A stretch of 64,000 nucleotides of DNA, taken from the NCBI RefSeq assembly GCF_963921235.1, contig NC_086097.1, forward strand, positions 64,110,001 to 64,174,000, given 5' to 3'. The notes below the pieces were generated by a model. The model saw only the letters and a list, made by a program, of their open reading frames with translations. It was not told the DNA's origin and ran no database searches. The stretch comes from Mobula hypostoma. Lineage: Eukaryota. Numbering within the stretch: the stretch's first letter is position 1; each line of letters opens with the position of its first letter. Made by a program: the position numbers and the translations under genes. Positions 61,653-64,000 of the stretch are shown here, in pieces.

Positions 61653-63339
61653 GAATTGGAAACACTGGTGTTTTTGAAGCCCATTGTATCAACTTCATCT
61701 CTGACCGAGGAACCATGACTGCAATGACAATGCAATGCAGGATAACCCCTTGTAAGAGCTTGTGTTATTTATAACATGCATAAAGACGTGTTCACTGATA
61801 GTATCACTGAGTTTCAGTAAATGGCGACACTCTATTGCTAGGTTGGTGTTGTGGTTGACCATGGACTGGAGGAATAATTTTGTCAGGCCCGCTTTTGCCT
61901 GTCTCTTTATGTTGTAGAACTGACAATTAATACCGCTGAAGAGAGGCCGGCCCCTCCACACAGTGAAGGGGAAGATGTAGGATTTAGTCCCCAAATGCTC
62001 GCACAGTGCTTGGAGCAGGACTGATTGAGCACGGTTCTTCGTACCGACGTTATGGGTGGAGCACACGTCCTCCGCACATTAAACCATCAAGGTAATGTAG
62101 CAAGGGGCCAATTAATTGTCAGCGATCTTCCAAACGTCTGTGATTTAGAATATATATATATATATCAGGAGGCGTAATTGCCAGCAAACAAATGTGAAAG
62201 TGCTGCCTGCGAGCAGCAGGTTGCCCGGTGGAAAGGCAGGGCTGAGCCTGTGTGAACATCCACGCTGGGATTATCCGAAACCCTAAGGAGGATTGGCCAT
62301 AGTACACAGCCCTTCAACCGGGCACGCAGCAATGCTCATTAAATCCCAGCTCATTTCACTTTGCTGCGGATTCTTTTCAAAACCAAAGTTAAAGAGGAAT
62401 TTAATTCTGGATCTACCGGTGGAGGGCAGAATGACATTGCAAGGGTGAAATGGGGCAAGGCTCGAGGAGTTCCCAATTTTCAATAATTGCATCTTCTTTC
62501 TGAAGTAACAAATCGAGAGCGACTGCAGCCACAGCACTCGTTTGCCTTTCATAAATCACAAGCAAGCGAGGCTGATAAACATGCAGCTCTGTTTCCCTAC
62601 AGATTATCTCGGGAGATAACTGTCAGACTCGAGGAAAAGCGTCGCAACTGTCCAGTCACGGTGTTATGACAACACGATCCCTGGATCTGTTACTGTATGG
62701 ACAGGGTGGAACAAGTTGTCAGGAGTCGGGACTGATCCAGGGTCTCACCTCATTTCAGAACAGCGGCTAGAGGTAATGTGATGTGACACGTAATCCAGCT
62801 CCCGAGATCCTCATGTACTGGCATCAGCCTAATGTGACTGTAGGGCGTAGTCTAGTTTAAAACAAACAGCGATGGCCACAGTTTGCGTTCACTCAAAGGC
62901 TGAATTCAACCGCCATCCATTATTGATTAATCTAACCCTCTGCAAACGCACACCAGTTCCCTAGGCGTCCGACTACCCCGTGTTAATTGAACTCCGTAGA
63001 ACTGTTTACCTCATTTTGAGTGGGAGTGAAGATTAAAAATATCCATTCCCTGCTGCCTTTTTCCCCATTCTCAAAGAAAATATAGCTATGAAAGAACTGA
63101 AATGTATTAAACAAAAACGAATAAATTAACCGAGAGATTCTCAAACACAGCGGATGGAAGCGAAGGGGGTTGGAAATATGCATAGGAATAACCCAGCATT
63201 GATCCCCAACGCATGCTTCCTCTGTTCCAGAAGTCAGCTCCTCTCCACCGTCACCGACTTGCAATGTAGTATGAAAAAGGCCAATAAATAGACTGAAAGA
63301 ATTTTTTATTATTTGTAAATCCATTTTAAAGGGTTGCCT

Positions 63340-63860
63340 CACCAGCCAAGAGTTTTCCATTAATGATGAATAGAAACAGGACATTTATCAAATCTGCCCA
63401 CATTTTAGATGCACGTTGAGATAAAGGCCGGCCCTCCATCTGGAGCTGTGTGCAAACTCTTTATCTCCAGCCGCAGTTCCAAGGCGAGGTGGGACCCAGC
63501 TGGTTTCCTGGCCTTTCTCACCGGATTATCAGCACCAACTGCCACCAGCCTCCATTCCCACTGCTGCTGCTCCAACAACTCCAGTGCGTCCGCTCATCAG
63601 ATAATGAACAGTTTCCCCGCATGGGAAAAGGCAGAAAGACATTCCCACGATTTGTGAAAGGACGCGATCGCCATCTCGGCTGTTGCTGACTCCCGACAGT
63701 GAACTTTCCAATTTCTCCGCAGGACACTGCTTACTCTGCGCTTGTAGCGCGGGCAGGTGCTGGAATACACAAGCGTTATCTCTCAGAATAAAACTCGCCT
63801 CAGTGTAAATCAGCATAGTGGGATAAATGGATGCCTGCGTTGCACTGATAGAGGAATCTT
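63340..63860. promoter_or_regulatory. Candidate GATA/E-box enhancer
   Basis: Seven WGATAR sites plus catctg, cagctg and ttcctg motifs in TE-free, CpG-retaining DNA. Confidence 0.45.
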
Positions 63861-64000
63861 GTTGTCGAGATGTCGATTTAAAATAAATGCATCATCCAAG
63901 GACATCTGCGAGAATCCAGGCGTTATTAGTTTGCGTTGGAGCTGGACTGAAACGACGATTAAATCAAATCAATCTGCAGAGTGAATAAAAATCGTTTAAT

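Noticed and set aside
63409..63984. Overlapping ORFs near the right end as a gene
   Set aside because: No recognisable family in the frames read. Open frames are expected in GC-richer DNA, and the motif content fits regulatory sequence better.

Overview
This is eukaryotic, transposon-rich DNA with no recognisable host protein-coding exon, rRNA or true tRNA. The repeat set suggests a cartilaginous fish, probably a ray or shark (inference). It comprises CR1, Rex1/Babar and RTE LINEs, Penelope-like elements (PLEs), tRNA-derived SINEs, Tc1, pogo, hAT and Harbinger DNA transposons, and solo LTRs. Most ORFs in the track with a recognisable product are TE remnants. The most distinctive signal is a PLE family with a GIY-YIG endonuclease and a minimal hammerhead-ribozyme motif (CUGANGA-stem II-GAAAC-GUC), present in about ten copies. 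Two of these are ~230-bp palindromic mini-elements with long target-site duplications (TSDs) whose fold-back junction lies in the ribozyme core. Other notable features are a ~420-bp inverted templated duplication (54622-55043 / 55660-56097), an internally deleted non-autonomous Rex1 element, deeply nested TE stacks and a strong CTCF-like motif. TE-poor, CpG-retaining stretches near the right end carry dense GATA, E-box and homeodomain motifs and look like cis-regulatory DNA. All calls come from reading the sequence by eye; no searches were run, and boundaries of old elements are approximate.
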